DNA of 62,063 bases, the filler included. It is 6 parts of 6 records of this genome, joined end to end, with 100 filler letters (N's around TTAATTAATTAA, not from the genome) between each part and the next. Parts side by side here need not be neighbours in the genome. Positions count along the whole stretch, not along the records: positions 42,945 to 48,395 come from DRR723986_33026; positions 48,496 to 62,063 come from DRR723986_33036; 4 more parts are not named here. One strand, 5' to 3'. Below the pieces are notes generated by a model. That model saw nothing but the letters and a program-made list of their open reading frames with translations, had not been told where the DNA came from and did no database searches. Of this stretch, positions 46,350 through 54,980 are shown piece after piece. Within the stretch, counting starts at the first letter, position 1. Each line of letters starts with the position of its first letter. A program made the translations under genes and the position numbers.

Positions 46350-47810
46350 TTATTTTTTCGCGAGAGTAATGGGATCCAAGAGAAAGGCAGGCACATGTGG
46401 ACCCATGCCAACAAAAGGTTCTTTTGGCATATCATCGGGCGCCATATTGGGGTGGCTATCACGGCGGCCACGCTGCGGCCGAGCGCTTCGGTTGTTTTCT
46501 GCCTTGTTTCTGCCTCTTGGCTCTCGGTCGCGGCGACTTTGTTGCTTATCTTCTCGTTTTTGCGGTGTCTGTTTTTCAGGCGCGCTAGTTTGGGCTGCTT
46601 CATCAGACTTTTCAGTCTTTTCTACTATTGTCGTTGAGTCCTCAGTATCTGTTTTTGCCCCGCGTGGGCCTCGTTTCTCACGTTCCAAGGTAAAGTTATC
46701 ATCACGTGGAAGAGGTAACTTAGTTAAGCTTTCGATACCTTCAATCAGCCTTACGTCCAGTTTAGATTTTACAGCTAAGGTAAAAGCTTTTCCTTTACGT
46801 CCGGCTCGGCCCGTGCGGCCAATTCTATGCACATAATCGTCTGGGTGGCCGGGCACGTCAAAATTGAAAACGTGACTTACGTCAGGCACATCAAGGCCGC
46901 GAGCAGCAACGTCAGATGCCACAAGTAGTTGAATTTCATTTTCTTTGAACTGGCGCAATGTCTCCATTCGGTCACGTTGTTCCATGTCACCGTGTAATTG
47001 GCCAACGCTGAAGCCATGGCTGCCCAGCGAAGCATAGACTTCTTTCACGTCGCGCTTGCGATTGCAAAAAATGATCGCATTTTTAATTTCTTCGGTGCGT
47101 AACAATTGGCGCAGTGCCTTGCGCTTGTCGCGTGGGCCAACTTCGATAAGCTTTTGCTCAATAGTGGTGGCTGTTGTCGCCGGGCGGGCCACTTCAATCT
47201 TTTTTGGATCATCAAGGAATTTTTTGGTTAAACGCTGAATTGCTGGCGGCATAGTTGCCGAGAAAAACAAGGTTTGGTGTTTTTTAGTGATACGCTCGCA
47301 AATCTTCTCAACATCAGGGATAAAGCCCATATCCAACATACGATCAGCTTCATCAATCACCAGAATATCAATACCGTTTAATAACAATTTCCCGCGTTCA
47401 AAATGATCAAGCAAACGGCCCGGCGTTGCAATCAGCACATCTGCACCGCGACTTAACGCTTTTTCTTGCTCGGTAAAATTAACGCCCCCAATCAATAGGG
47501 CCATCGATAACTTGTGATTTTTACCGTATTTTTCGAAGCTTTCAGCCACTTGTGCCGCTAATTCGCGGGTGGGTTCCAGAATGAGAGACCGAGGCATTCT
47601 TGCGCGTGCACGACCTTCAGCAAGAATATCAATCATTGGCAGCGTAAAAGAAGCTGTTTTGCCCGTACCGGTTTGTGCAATGCCTAAAATATCCCGACCC
47701 ATCAAAATCTGGGGGGCGGCCTGCGCTTGTATGGGAGTAGGTTCAGTATAGCCTGCGTCCTTAACCGCATTTAGTGTCGGTTCGCTAAGCCCAAGTAGTT
47801 CAAAACCCAT
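46350..47810 (-). CDS. DEAD-box RNA helicase (RhlE-like)
   Basis: AQTGTGKT, PTRELA, DEAD, SAT, HRIGRTGR. Confidence 0.94.
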   Translation of the reverse strand: MGFELLGLSEPTLNAVKDAGYTEPTPIQAQAAPQILMGRDILGIAQTGTGKTASFTLPMIDILAEGRARARMPRSLILEPTRELAAQVAESFEKYGKNHKLSMALLIGGVNFTEQEKALSRGADVLIATPGRLLDHFERGKLLLNGIDILVIDEADRMLDMGFIPDVEKICERITKKHQTLFFSATMPPAIQRLTKKFLDDPKKIEVARPATTATTIEQKLIEVGPRDKRKALRQLLRTEEIKNAIIFCNRKRDVKEVYASLGSHGFSVGQLHGDMEQRDRMETLRQFKENEIQLLVASDVAARGLDVPDVSHVFNFDVPGHPDDYVHRIGRTGRAGRKGKAFTLAVKSKLDVRLIEGIESLTKLPLPRDDNFTLEREKRGPRGAKTDTEDSTTIVEKTEKSDEAAQTSAPEKQTPQKREDKQQSRRDREPRGRNKAENNRSARPQRGRRDSHPNMAPDDMPKEPFVGMGPHVPAFLLDPITLAKK

Positions 47811-47960
47811 TCTGTATCCCAACTGTTACCGGTTTAATTTGCGCGCAGGATAGGCACGATAGGGCCAAAGTCAACGATAGACGGGGCTGCACGTCAGTTT
47901 GTCATTTGTAATCCATCTATTATGCCACATTTATGTGACACTCGTTTGCTTAAACGAGGT

Positions 47961-48395
47961 TTATATATCCAATGCTTCTAAATCAGCTTCATTGTCACGA
48001 ATAAATTCAAAGCGTCTCTCAGGCTTCTTGCCCATTAAATTATCAACCAGCGTATTAACAACAGCCCGGTCGCTATATTCTGGCGGTAGCGTAACCCTTA
48101 GCAACGTGCGATTTTCGCGCTTCATGGTTGTTTCTTTAAGCTGCGCGGGTGGCATCTCACCAAGACCCTTAAATCGGCTGATTTCAATGTTTGATTTGCC
48201 CTTAAATTCGCGCTCCATCAATTCATCTTTATGGGCGTCATCACGGGCATAGAAAACCGTGCCGCCTTTGGCGAGCCGAAATAACGGTGGCTGAGCTAGG
48301 TAAAGCCTGCCGTCTTTCACCAGCCCGGGCATTTCCTGAAAAAAGAAGGTCATTAACAAGGTGGCGATGTGCGCGCCGTCCACGTCCGCATCGGT
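47961..48395 (-). CDS. parE: Topoisomerase IV subunit B, C-terminal part
   Basis: TDADVDGAHI, RFKGLGEM, LMGKKPERRFEFI. Confidence 0.85.
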   Translation of the reverse strand, partial: TDADVDGAHIATLLMTFFFQEMPGLVKDGRLYLAQPPLFRLAKGGTVFYARDDAHKDELMEREFKGKSNIEISRFKGLGEMPPAQLKETTMKRENRTLLRVTLPPEYSDRAVVNTLVDNLMGKKPERRFEFIRDNEADLEALDI

Positions 48396-48495
48396 NNNNN
48401 NNNNNNNNNNNNNNNNNNNNNNNNNNNNNNNNNNNNNNNTTAATTAATTAANNNNNNNNNNNNNNNNNNNNNNNNNNNNNNNNNNNNNNNNNNNN
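48396..48495. other. Artificial contig linker
   Basis: N-run with TTAATTAATTAA. Confidence 0.97.
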
Positions 48496-48520
48496 TAATA
48501 ATAATAATAATAATAATAAT
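48496..48520. repeat. (TAA)8 microsatellite at the contig start
   Basis: Read directly; truncated by the gap. Confidence 0.8.
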
Positions 48521-48606
48521 ATGTTCAGGGGTCTTTAGTTCTAAAGATAGCCTTGGCCAAGGTTTCATACCTAACGAACTCTTTAAATATGAAACCAAAA
48601 ATACGG

Positions 48607-50043
48607 ATGTCCTTACTCAAAAGGACATATCTTATATTCTTATTCCTCATGATGTACGGCTGTACAGTGCAAGATTATGAAGCTGCACTCAAATCTTCTG
48701 CGAACGAGCAGTTGCTAAGTGAGGCAAAAAGTTGGTTCACCAACCAATCCGGAGTGTCATCTATCCCAAACGCCAGAGTGATCAACTTTATAGACGGGGA
48801 ACCTATTTGGAATGACGCAAAAGAACACTTCTACATGGGTAAACCAGTACTTGAAATTCCGGTAGATCTAAACGTAGAAAATCTGTTTGCACTAAAAAAT
48901 GAAGAGTGGAAAGAGCAGGCAGGAGACTACCGTGTTCTTCTTTTCAAAATCGAGGAAAATGAATTCCAACCCTATCTTATGAAAGTAGAAAGCCAAGATG
49001 ATCAAATTGCATCCAAGCATAAGGACTTGAGCTATCTTAATCTTTTGGAAATCCCATCCGATTTCAGCGGAAGTTATTCTTTCTTTTATCTAGATGGGCG
49101 ATTTGTGGGATCTTGGAATATCGAAGAAGGAGAGCGAGTTAGAGCAGTTTCTTACTCTAAACCAGTGGATAAAATCCCAGATAATTCAAATGCCAGAGTC
49201 AATAACTACACATATCACTGTGTAATAACCACTTACACCACATACGTACAGAGTGGTACTGGTGAGCCTCAAATCGTAGAACAATATAAGGTATGGGACT
49301 GTATATTTACTCCGATGTTCGCTGGATCAGGCCCAGATGATAATGGAGGAGGAGAAAGCCCAGGATGCTATGAACCACATCCGAATTTTGAGGGATTGAT
49401 GGTGCCATGTAATGAACCAGACCCATGCAACAATTTCGAGGATTTAGTAAATAAAGTCCTAAATACTGAAGGAGGGTTTGTTAATGATCCGCTTGACAAA
49501 GGTGGAGCAACAAACAAAGGAATTTCCTGGCGCACTTGGCAAGATGCTGCTGAATCTGTTTTGGGAAAAGAACCTACCTTAGAAAACTTACAGAACCTTA
49601 CCGCTGAAGGAGCCAAAGCAATATATAAAGCAAAGTACTGGGACTCAATAAGGCTATCCGAAATAGAAGATGGTGATTTGAGATGGCTAATTTTTGATTT
49701 TCACGTCAATTCTGGACCAAATGCAATGCGTCAACTTCAGATGCTATTAAATGAGCTGGGGGCTGATTTGACTGTAGATGGGATAATTGGTAGTAAAACA
49801 ATTAATTTCATTAACGAATATGAGGACATTATTGAACTCTATAATGGTTACAAACAAACACGTATTAATTTTCTTGAGGATGTCGTCGCAAATGACATTC
49901 AACGGCATTTAAAAATATTTCCCCAGGCAACTGAGCAAGAACTTAAATCACTCACCCAGTTACGATTCAAAAATGGATGGTTAAATAGAGTGAATGAATT
50001 TATTGAAAAGACTTTTGAAAATTTTGAAAATGTTAATTGCTAA
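48607..50043 (+). CDS. Lipoprotein with C-terminal GH108 lysozyme and peptidoglycan-binding domain (candidate toxin)
   Basis: Lipobox MYG-C; Gly/Pro/Cys linker; EGGFVNDPLDKGGATNKGI, FDFHVNSG, VDGIIGSKT, GWLNRV. Confidence 0.8.
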   Translation: MSLLKRTYLIFLFLMMYGCTVQDYEAALKSSANEQLLSEAKSWFTNQSGVSSIPNARVINFIDGEPIWNDAKEHFYMGKPVLEIPVDLNVENLFALKNEEWKEQAGDYRVLLFKIEENEFQPYLMKVESQDDQIASKHKDLSYLNLLEIPSDFSGSYSFFYLDGRFVGSWNIEEGERVRAVSYSKPVDKIPDNSNARVNNYTYHCVITTYTTYVQSGTGEPQIVEQYKVWDCIFTPMFAGSGPDDNGGGESPGCYEPHPNFEGLMVPCNEPDPCNNFEDLVNKVLNTEGGFVNDPLDKGGATNKGISWRTWQDAAESVLGKEPTLENLQNLTAEGAKAIYKAKYWDSIRLSEIEDGDLRWLIFDFHVNSGPNAMRQLQMLLNELGADLTVDGIIGSKTINFINEYEDIIELYNGYKQTRINFLEDVVANDIQRHLKIFPQATEQELKSLTQLRFKNGWLNRVNEFIEKTFENFENVNC

Positions 50044-50046
50044 AAA

Positions 50047-50460
50047 ATGAAACATCTAATAGTAATATTATTTATAGTGTTCTGCTCTGCAGAAATATTT
50101 GCTCAAAATATCTCTGGTACCTATCGTTGGGATTTGGATAATGGAAGAAGAAATTTTGTAATCTCCTTAAGTCCGAAAAATGCTATTCGCGGGACTACAC
50201 CCACCAGCTTCAAAGGTGAGCATTGCGGGGTATTTGAAAATGGAAATAGAATGGACTGTAGCTACGAGGAATATTCAATTTCTCTGAATAAAGTTTCCGA
50301 AAATGTATTCACCGGAACGATTCTAAGCGCATACTCCCGAACTATCAGCGAAATCAAAGTGACCTATTTCACAAATAATAAAAATATTAAATGGGAAGTA
50401 ACTAAGCATGGAGGAGGGACTACTTATTTCCCCGAGAATGTCATGATGGAACAATATTGA
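50047..50460 (+). CDS. Secreted hypothetical protein, candidate immunity protein 1
   Basis: Signal peptide; starts 3 nt after the lysozyme stop; GEHC...GNRMDC motif. Confidence 0.75.
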   Translation: MKHLIVILFIVFCSAEIFAQNISGTYRWDLDNGRRNFVISLSPKNAIRGTTPTSFKGEHCGVFENGNRMDCSYEEYSISLNKVSENVFTGTILSAYSRTISEIKVTYFTNNKNIKWEVTKHGGGTTYFPENVMMEQY

Positions 50461-50482
50461 GGATGTAATCTAAACTTATTGA

Positions 50483-50659
50483 TGGAAGCTTAAAAATCAA
50501 GACAAACGGAACGACTATAACGGAAATTGTATTTTATCTGGATTAGTCAAATCAATTTATATCTCCTTCCAAGATCAATTGGAAGGAGATGTAATTTGGA
50601 ATGTGTTTAAAAGATATGATCAATTCCCAATTCTGAAAAATCAAACGGGTGAGTTATGA
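50483..50659 (+). pseudogene. Start-less 58-codon ORF remnant, possible orphan toxin C-terminus
   Basis: Open frame whose TGA overlaps the next ATG (ATGA at 50656-50659). Confidence 0.35.
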
Positions 50660-51255
50660 GACATCAAAAAAGAGAGTCACAAACCAAAAATTACTGGGGT
50701 TCAGGAAGAAAGTATTTCTTGATTTTTATAGTTCTGGTTTTCTCCTTCCACTCAACTTCATATGGTCAGATCCAAGGGTACAATACCAACACATCTACCC
50801 CGACATTTGACACTAACTACCTCATTATCAAATCAATTGACAAAGAGTTCAGTTTTCTTAAAAACACCTTATCGTCATTTTTAGAAGAATTCCCAAATCC
50901 AGATAAGAATGAAGACTTCTATTATGAGATGGATGAAAAGATGGCGCGACTAATCACCTATGGGCAAAATGAATTCTATTTCCTAGGTGAAAAAATGGAT
51001 GCATTCCACCTGAAAGATTCCAAATTCTCAATAGGAAATGGTAAAGATTTTATAAAAATAGGAGACCATCATTCATCGGTATCAAAGTTATTTCCACCCT
51101 ATGAACTGGAGATTAGAACAGATTATGAGACAAAAGAGAAATATGGAGTTATAAGAATAACTACATCTGATAAAGGATTGGTTTATGATGATGAAGACTC
51201 AATCATACTATTAGTCGATGTTAAGTCTGGCATTATTACAGAAATACATAAGTGA
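50656..51255 (+). CDS. Secreted hypothetical protein, candidate orphan immunity protein
   Basis: Signal-like N-terminus; 199 aa; coupled to the next gene by GTGA overlap. Confidence 0.7.
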   Translation: MRHQKRESQTKNYWGSGRKYFLIFIVLVFSFHSTSYGQIQGYNTNTSTPTFDTNYLIIKSIDKEFSFLKNTLSSFLEEFPNPDKNEDFYYEMDEKMARLITYGQNEFYFLGEKMDAFHLKDSKFSIGNGKDFIKIGDHHSSVSKLFPPYELEIRTDYETKEKYGVIRITTSDKGLVYDDEDSIILLVDVKSGIITEIHK

Positions 51256-51698
51256 TTTTATATTTCAATAAGTATAATAGAGGACTCCCTATTCTATTCG
51301 TACTGCTTCTTCTCTTTTCCCATGATTCCAGCTCTCAAGATATTACAGGATCTTGGCGATGGTTCGAATTTGAAGATAGAGCATTCACAATCCAACTATA
51401 TAAGCCCGAGCTTGATGATGACGTTATGGGGTCATATGATTTAATAGGAGAGCATTGCGGAGTGTATTATAATGGGGGCAGAATGGACTGTAGCTACGAG
51501 GAATATTCTATTTCTCTAAACAGAATCTCCGAAAATGTATTCACAGGAACAATTCTAAGTGCATATTCTCTCGCTGTCAGCGAAATCAGAATAACCTACT
51601 TCCCCAGCAGTAAGGAAATAAGGTGGGAAGTAACAAAAGAAGGTGTGGGAAAAAACCGTCTACCAAATTACTTTCCGCTCGATGTTATAATGCAGTAA
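51252..51698 (+). CDS. Secreted hypothetical protein, paralog of 50047-50460
   Basis: Shares GEHCGV..NG.RMDCSYEEYSISLN..SENVFTGTILSAYS...SEI..TYF...WEVTK. Confidence 0.78.
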   Translation: MILYFNKYNRGLPILFVLLLLFSHDSSSQDITGSWRWFEFEDRAFTIQLYKPELDDDVMGSYDLIGEHCGVYYNGGRMDCSYEEYSISLNRISENVFTGTILSAYSLAVSEIRITYFPSSKEIRWEVTKEGVGKNRLPNYFPLDVIMQ

Positions 51699-51719
51699 TA
51701 GCAAAACTAAAGGAAGACC

Positions 51720-52895
51720 TCAAAAGCCTTCCTTTAGTTTTTTCATAAATCCAGCTAATCCTATAGCGATGGTCCTTTCGCCCAAGGGAAATTCATCCTT
51801 ACCTGCATAGATGAAATAGCGATGGTCTGCTGATATATCCTCCACAGCGTTCAGGAAGCCTTTTGAAAGCTTCGGGCTTAAGGTCCGCTTGATTTCTATC
51901 GCCCAGACTTCTCCGTTCAGACTCAATACCAAATCAAGTTCTGCTCCACCCGTTGTCCGATAAAAGCCATATTCAGCTCCTTTAGGCAAAACTGAAATAA
52001 TATTTTCGATGATAAATCCTTCCCAACTTCCTCCTACCACAGGATGTCCCAGCAGATCATCCAGTTTGGTTAAGTTCAATAAAGCATGTGTAATTCCAGA
52101 ATCCCTGATGTAGATTTTAGGAGACTTCACCAGTCGCTTGCCCACATTCACTAGCCAAGGTCTGACAGAACGAATCAGCAGAAGATCTTCAAGCATTTCC
52201 ACATAACTTTTCACAGTCGGAGAAGTCAAATCTAGACTTACACCAAGTTTGGATAGATTGATCAATTGTCCTTGCTGATGGGCGAGCATAGTCCAGAATC
52301 GACGCAGACGGTTGGCAGGCACAAACTGCGCAATCTGCGGGATATCTCTTTCCAGATAGGTAGTGATGAAATTACCACGCCAAGTCATGCTTGATCTATC
52401 GGAACTCGCAAGAAAACTGTCGGGAAAACCTCCACGCATCCATAGTTTTTCTACATGTCCTTCTATCGAATCCACTTCCATCACATTGAATCCGGGGAGT
52501 TCTTCATAGGCAATTCTTCCTGCCAGTGATTCGGAGGATTGCCGGATCAGGTCCAAAGAAGCAGAGCCTAAAATCAGAAATTGGCAAGATCTAAAGCCTT
52601 TCTTTCTCCTTCGATCTATCACGCCTCGCAAAAGCGGAAAGAGGTCAGGCATGCGCTGGATCTCATCCAAAATAATCAAACGACCTTCATGCAGGTCAAA
52701 ATATTGCTCTGGCTCAGCAAGCTTACTACGGTCTGAGGGACTTTCAAGATCGAGGTAAATAGACTGAGGATCGATTGTTTCCACGAGCTCTTGCGCCAAG
52801 GTAGTTTTACCTACTTGCCGTGGACCCAGAATCGCTATAGCCGGAAAATCAGCCATCAATTCTTGCAGTTTCAAAAACAAATCTCGTACAATCAT
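51720..52895 (-). CDS. AAA+ ATPase (AAA_14 + DUF4143 type) with a C-terminal nuclease-like motif
   Basis: GPRQVGKT, LDEIQ, RGGFP, KSPKIYIRDSG, ELDLV..AIEIK. Confidence 0.9.
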   Translation of the reverse strand: MIVRDLFLKLQELMADFPAIAILGPRQVGKTTLAQELVETIDPQSIYLDLESPSDRSKLAEPEQYFDLHEGRLIILDEIQRMPDLFPLLRGVIDRRRKKGFRSCQFLILGSASLDLIRQSSESLAGRIAYEELPGFNVMEVDSIEGHVEKLWMRGGFPDSFLASSDRSSMTWRGNFITTYLERDIPQIAQFVPANRLRRFWTMLAHQQGQLINLSKLGVSLDLTSPTVKSYVEMLEDLLLIRSVRPWLVNVGKRLVKSPKIYIRDSGITHALLNLTKLDDLLGHPVVGGSWEGFIIENIISVLPKGAEYGFYRTTGGAELDLVLSLNGEVWAIEIKRTLSPKLSKGFLNAVEDISADHRYFIYAGKDEFPLGERTIAIGLAGFMKKLKEGF

Positions 52896-52938
52896 CCTTG
52901 CAAATTTAAAATTTGATTTTAAATTTGCAAGGATGATT
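52890..52938. repeat. Perfect 23-bp inverted repeat overlapping the ATPase start codon
   Basis: AATCATCCTTGCAAATTTAAAAT-TTG-ATTTTAAATTTGCAAGGATGATT. Confidence 0.9.
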
Positions 52939-52970
52939 TTTTATTATTTCACTGAAAAACAGCGCTTTAA

Positions 52971-53852
52971 CTACTTTTCTTCAAAATTAATGGTAATCAT
53001 AGATCCTGTCAGTGAAACCATCGCGGTGATCAGGAAAAAGATCAAACTGAAAGCGACTGCAATCGCCTCATCAATACCTGCATACGTGTGCGCATAGACA
53101 AAAACTAATTCTCTAGCACCTACGCCACCGATAGTCAATGGCAGCACTGCGACTATAGAAGAAAGCAAGAAAACCAGTTGATAAGCTAGGAAATTCTCAG
53201 TTACGCCAAGGCTTTTCAGTATAAACCAAGCGCATATCAATTGTGCTAACTGGCCAGCCATCGACCAGCCATTTGCTTTCCAAAAAGAGGGTAGAAATGC
53301 TTTGAAGAGTAACTTTTGCATCAGCCAAAAAGCTGGAAATACCAGCAAGGCAGCAATTACCACCAAGAGCTCCCAGGGAATTTGCGAAGCAAATGGCAAG
53401 GTCAAATCCACAGGAAGAACCAATGCCAACAGTAAAAACACAATCGCGACCAAACCTCCCAAACGATCCAGCAGCGAAGCTTGCACCAGTGGCTTTACGG
53501 GAGTTTGATAGTGTTTATTCAGTAAGTAAACTTTATACCCATCACCACCAATCCCGCCAGGTAGAAAAAGATTGTAAAACATCCCGATGAGGTAAAGCTT
53601 GATATTTAGCTTTTCGGAGATATACAAACCGATATTTTTGAAGTAAAGATTGAGGCGAAAGGCTGTGAAAAGCTTGCTTAACACAAAAGTCAGAATCGCA
53701 GGAATCAGCCAAAGCCAATGGATGGTTTTGGTAATTTGCCAAAGCTGATCTGTGTCAATTTTTCGAAAAACCAGAAAGAGTGCCAAACCAGTTAAAACCA
53801 GCTTTAGGACAGTCGTTAATTTCTTTTTAAGGGAACTTTCTGTTTTCGCCAA
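52971..53852 (-). CDS. Lysylphosphatidylglycerol synthase TM / flippase-like protein
   Basis: GMFYNLFLPGGIGGDGYK, DRLGG, GGVGARE. Confidence 0.85.
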   Translation of the reverse strand: MAKTESSLKKKLTTVLKLVLTGLALFLVFRKIDTDQLWQITKTIHWLWLIPAILTFVLSKLFTAFRLNLYFKNIGLYISEKLNIKLYLIGMFYNLFLPGGIGGDGYKVYLLNKHYQTPVKPLVQASLLDRLGGLVAIVFLLLALVLPVDLTLPFASQIPWELLVVIAALLVFPAFWLMQKLLFKAFLPSFWKANGWSMAGQLAQLICAWFILKSLGVTENFLAYQLVFLLSSIVAVLPLTIGGVGARELVFVYAHTYAGIDEAIAVAFSLIFFLITAMVSLTGSMITINFEEK

Positions 53853-53874
53853 AATTCAATTGCTATTTGAAAAC

Positions 53875-54879
53875 CTACTTAGCGCTGTCAATTCCTTGAG
53901 GCACTGCAATAACAGGCTGCAATACACCTTGATAGACAGACTTGATGGAATAGGTCGTCTTATCCTGAGACTCAAAATAAGTCCGAACAATGATCTCCGC
54001 AATAATTCCGGTAGTGATAAACTGAATACCTCCCAGTACTAAAATAAAACCAAGGATCATAATTGGTCTTCCCCAGATGTCTTCGCCCATTATTTTCAGA
54101 ATGAGCAGATAAAAATTGATCAGCAAACCAATCAAAAATGCGATGATCCCTATCCCGCCAAATAAATGAATTGGTCGCTGAAAATACTTTTGGAAAAATA
54201 ACATCAGAATCAAATCCGACATCACTTTGAAGGTTCGGCTCAGGCCATATTTCGATTCGCCATGAATCCGTGGATGATGCTTCACATCCATTTCGGTCAT
54301 TTTAGCTCCTTGTTGCTTCGCCAGAACAGGAATAAAACGGTGCAATTCTCCATACAACCCCATTCCCTGCGCAATCTCCGCTTTATACACACGAAGTGTA
54401 CAACCGTAGTCTTTCAAGTAAACTTTGGTCGTATTCCGGATCACCCAGTTGGCGATCTTACTTGGGATTTTGCGAAGCACAAATCCATCTTTTCTATTCG
54501 CTCTACGGCCTGCTACCACATCCCATTCTTCATCGATTGCCTTTTGAAGCATCACAGGAATGTCGGTTGGATCATTTTGCAAATCCCCATCCATGGTGCA
54601 GATGTATTCACCAGCAGCCATGTCAATACCTGCTGCCAAAGCTGTGGTTTGGCCAAAATTCCTATTGAAAATAATCAGCTTAGTTCGGCTATTCGCATAC
54701 TTTTTTACCTCAGCCACAGTCCTATCAGTTGATCCATCTTCAATCAAAATCACTTCATAATCGATGGACTCTAGCGCTGCATACGTTTGTTCTAAAAGCG
54801 GTTGGATATTATCCTCTTCGTTATAAACAGTGATTACTACGGAAATCTGTGGCTTGGACATGCGATAAAATTTTGTCAA
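53875..54879 (-). CDS. GT2 glycosyltransferase (ArnC/DPM-like)
   Basis: DGSTD, RNFGQT, DGDLQNDP, HRFIP; two C-terminal TM helices. Confidence 0.9.
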   Translation of the reverse strand: MTKFYRMSKPQISVVITVYNEEDNIQPLLEQTYAALESIDYEVILIEDGSTDRTVAEVKKYANSRTKLIIFNRNFGQTTALAAGIDMAAGEYICTMDGDLQNDPTDIPVMLQKAIDEEWDVVAGRRANRKDGFVLRKIPSKIANWVIRNTTKVYLKDYGCTLRVYKAEIAQGMGLYGELHRFIPVLAKQQGAKMTEMDVKHHPRIHGESKYGLSRTFKVMSDLILMLFFQKYFQRPIHLFGGIGIIAFLIGLLINFYLLILKIMGEDIWGRPIMILGFILVLGGIQFITTGIIAEIIVRTYFESQDKTTYSIKSVYQGVLQPVIAVPQGIDSAK

Positions 54880-54980
54880 AAATACGGTAAAATACTTCCT
54901 AGGACAAAAAAGCTAGGATTCGCTTTCGGAAGCCAACGAAAATTTGGCACTACAAAGTTCAATAGGATTATCTTTGCACC

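Noticed and set aside
48607-50043. GH108 gene as a prophage endolysin
   Set aside because: No holin, structural or integrase genes nearby; it has a lipoprotein signal and a long N-terminal domain.
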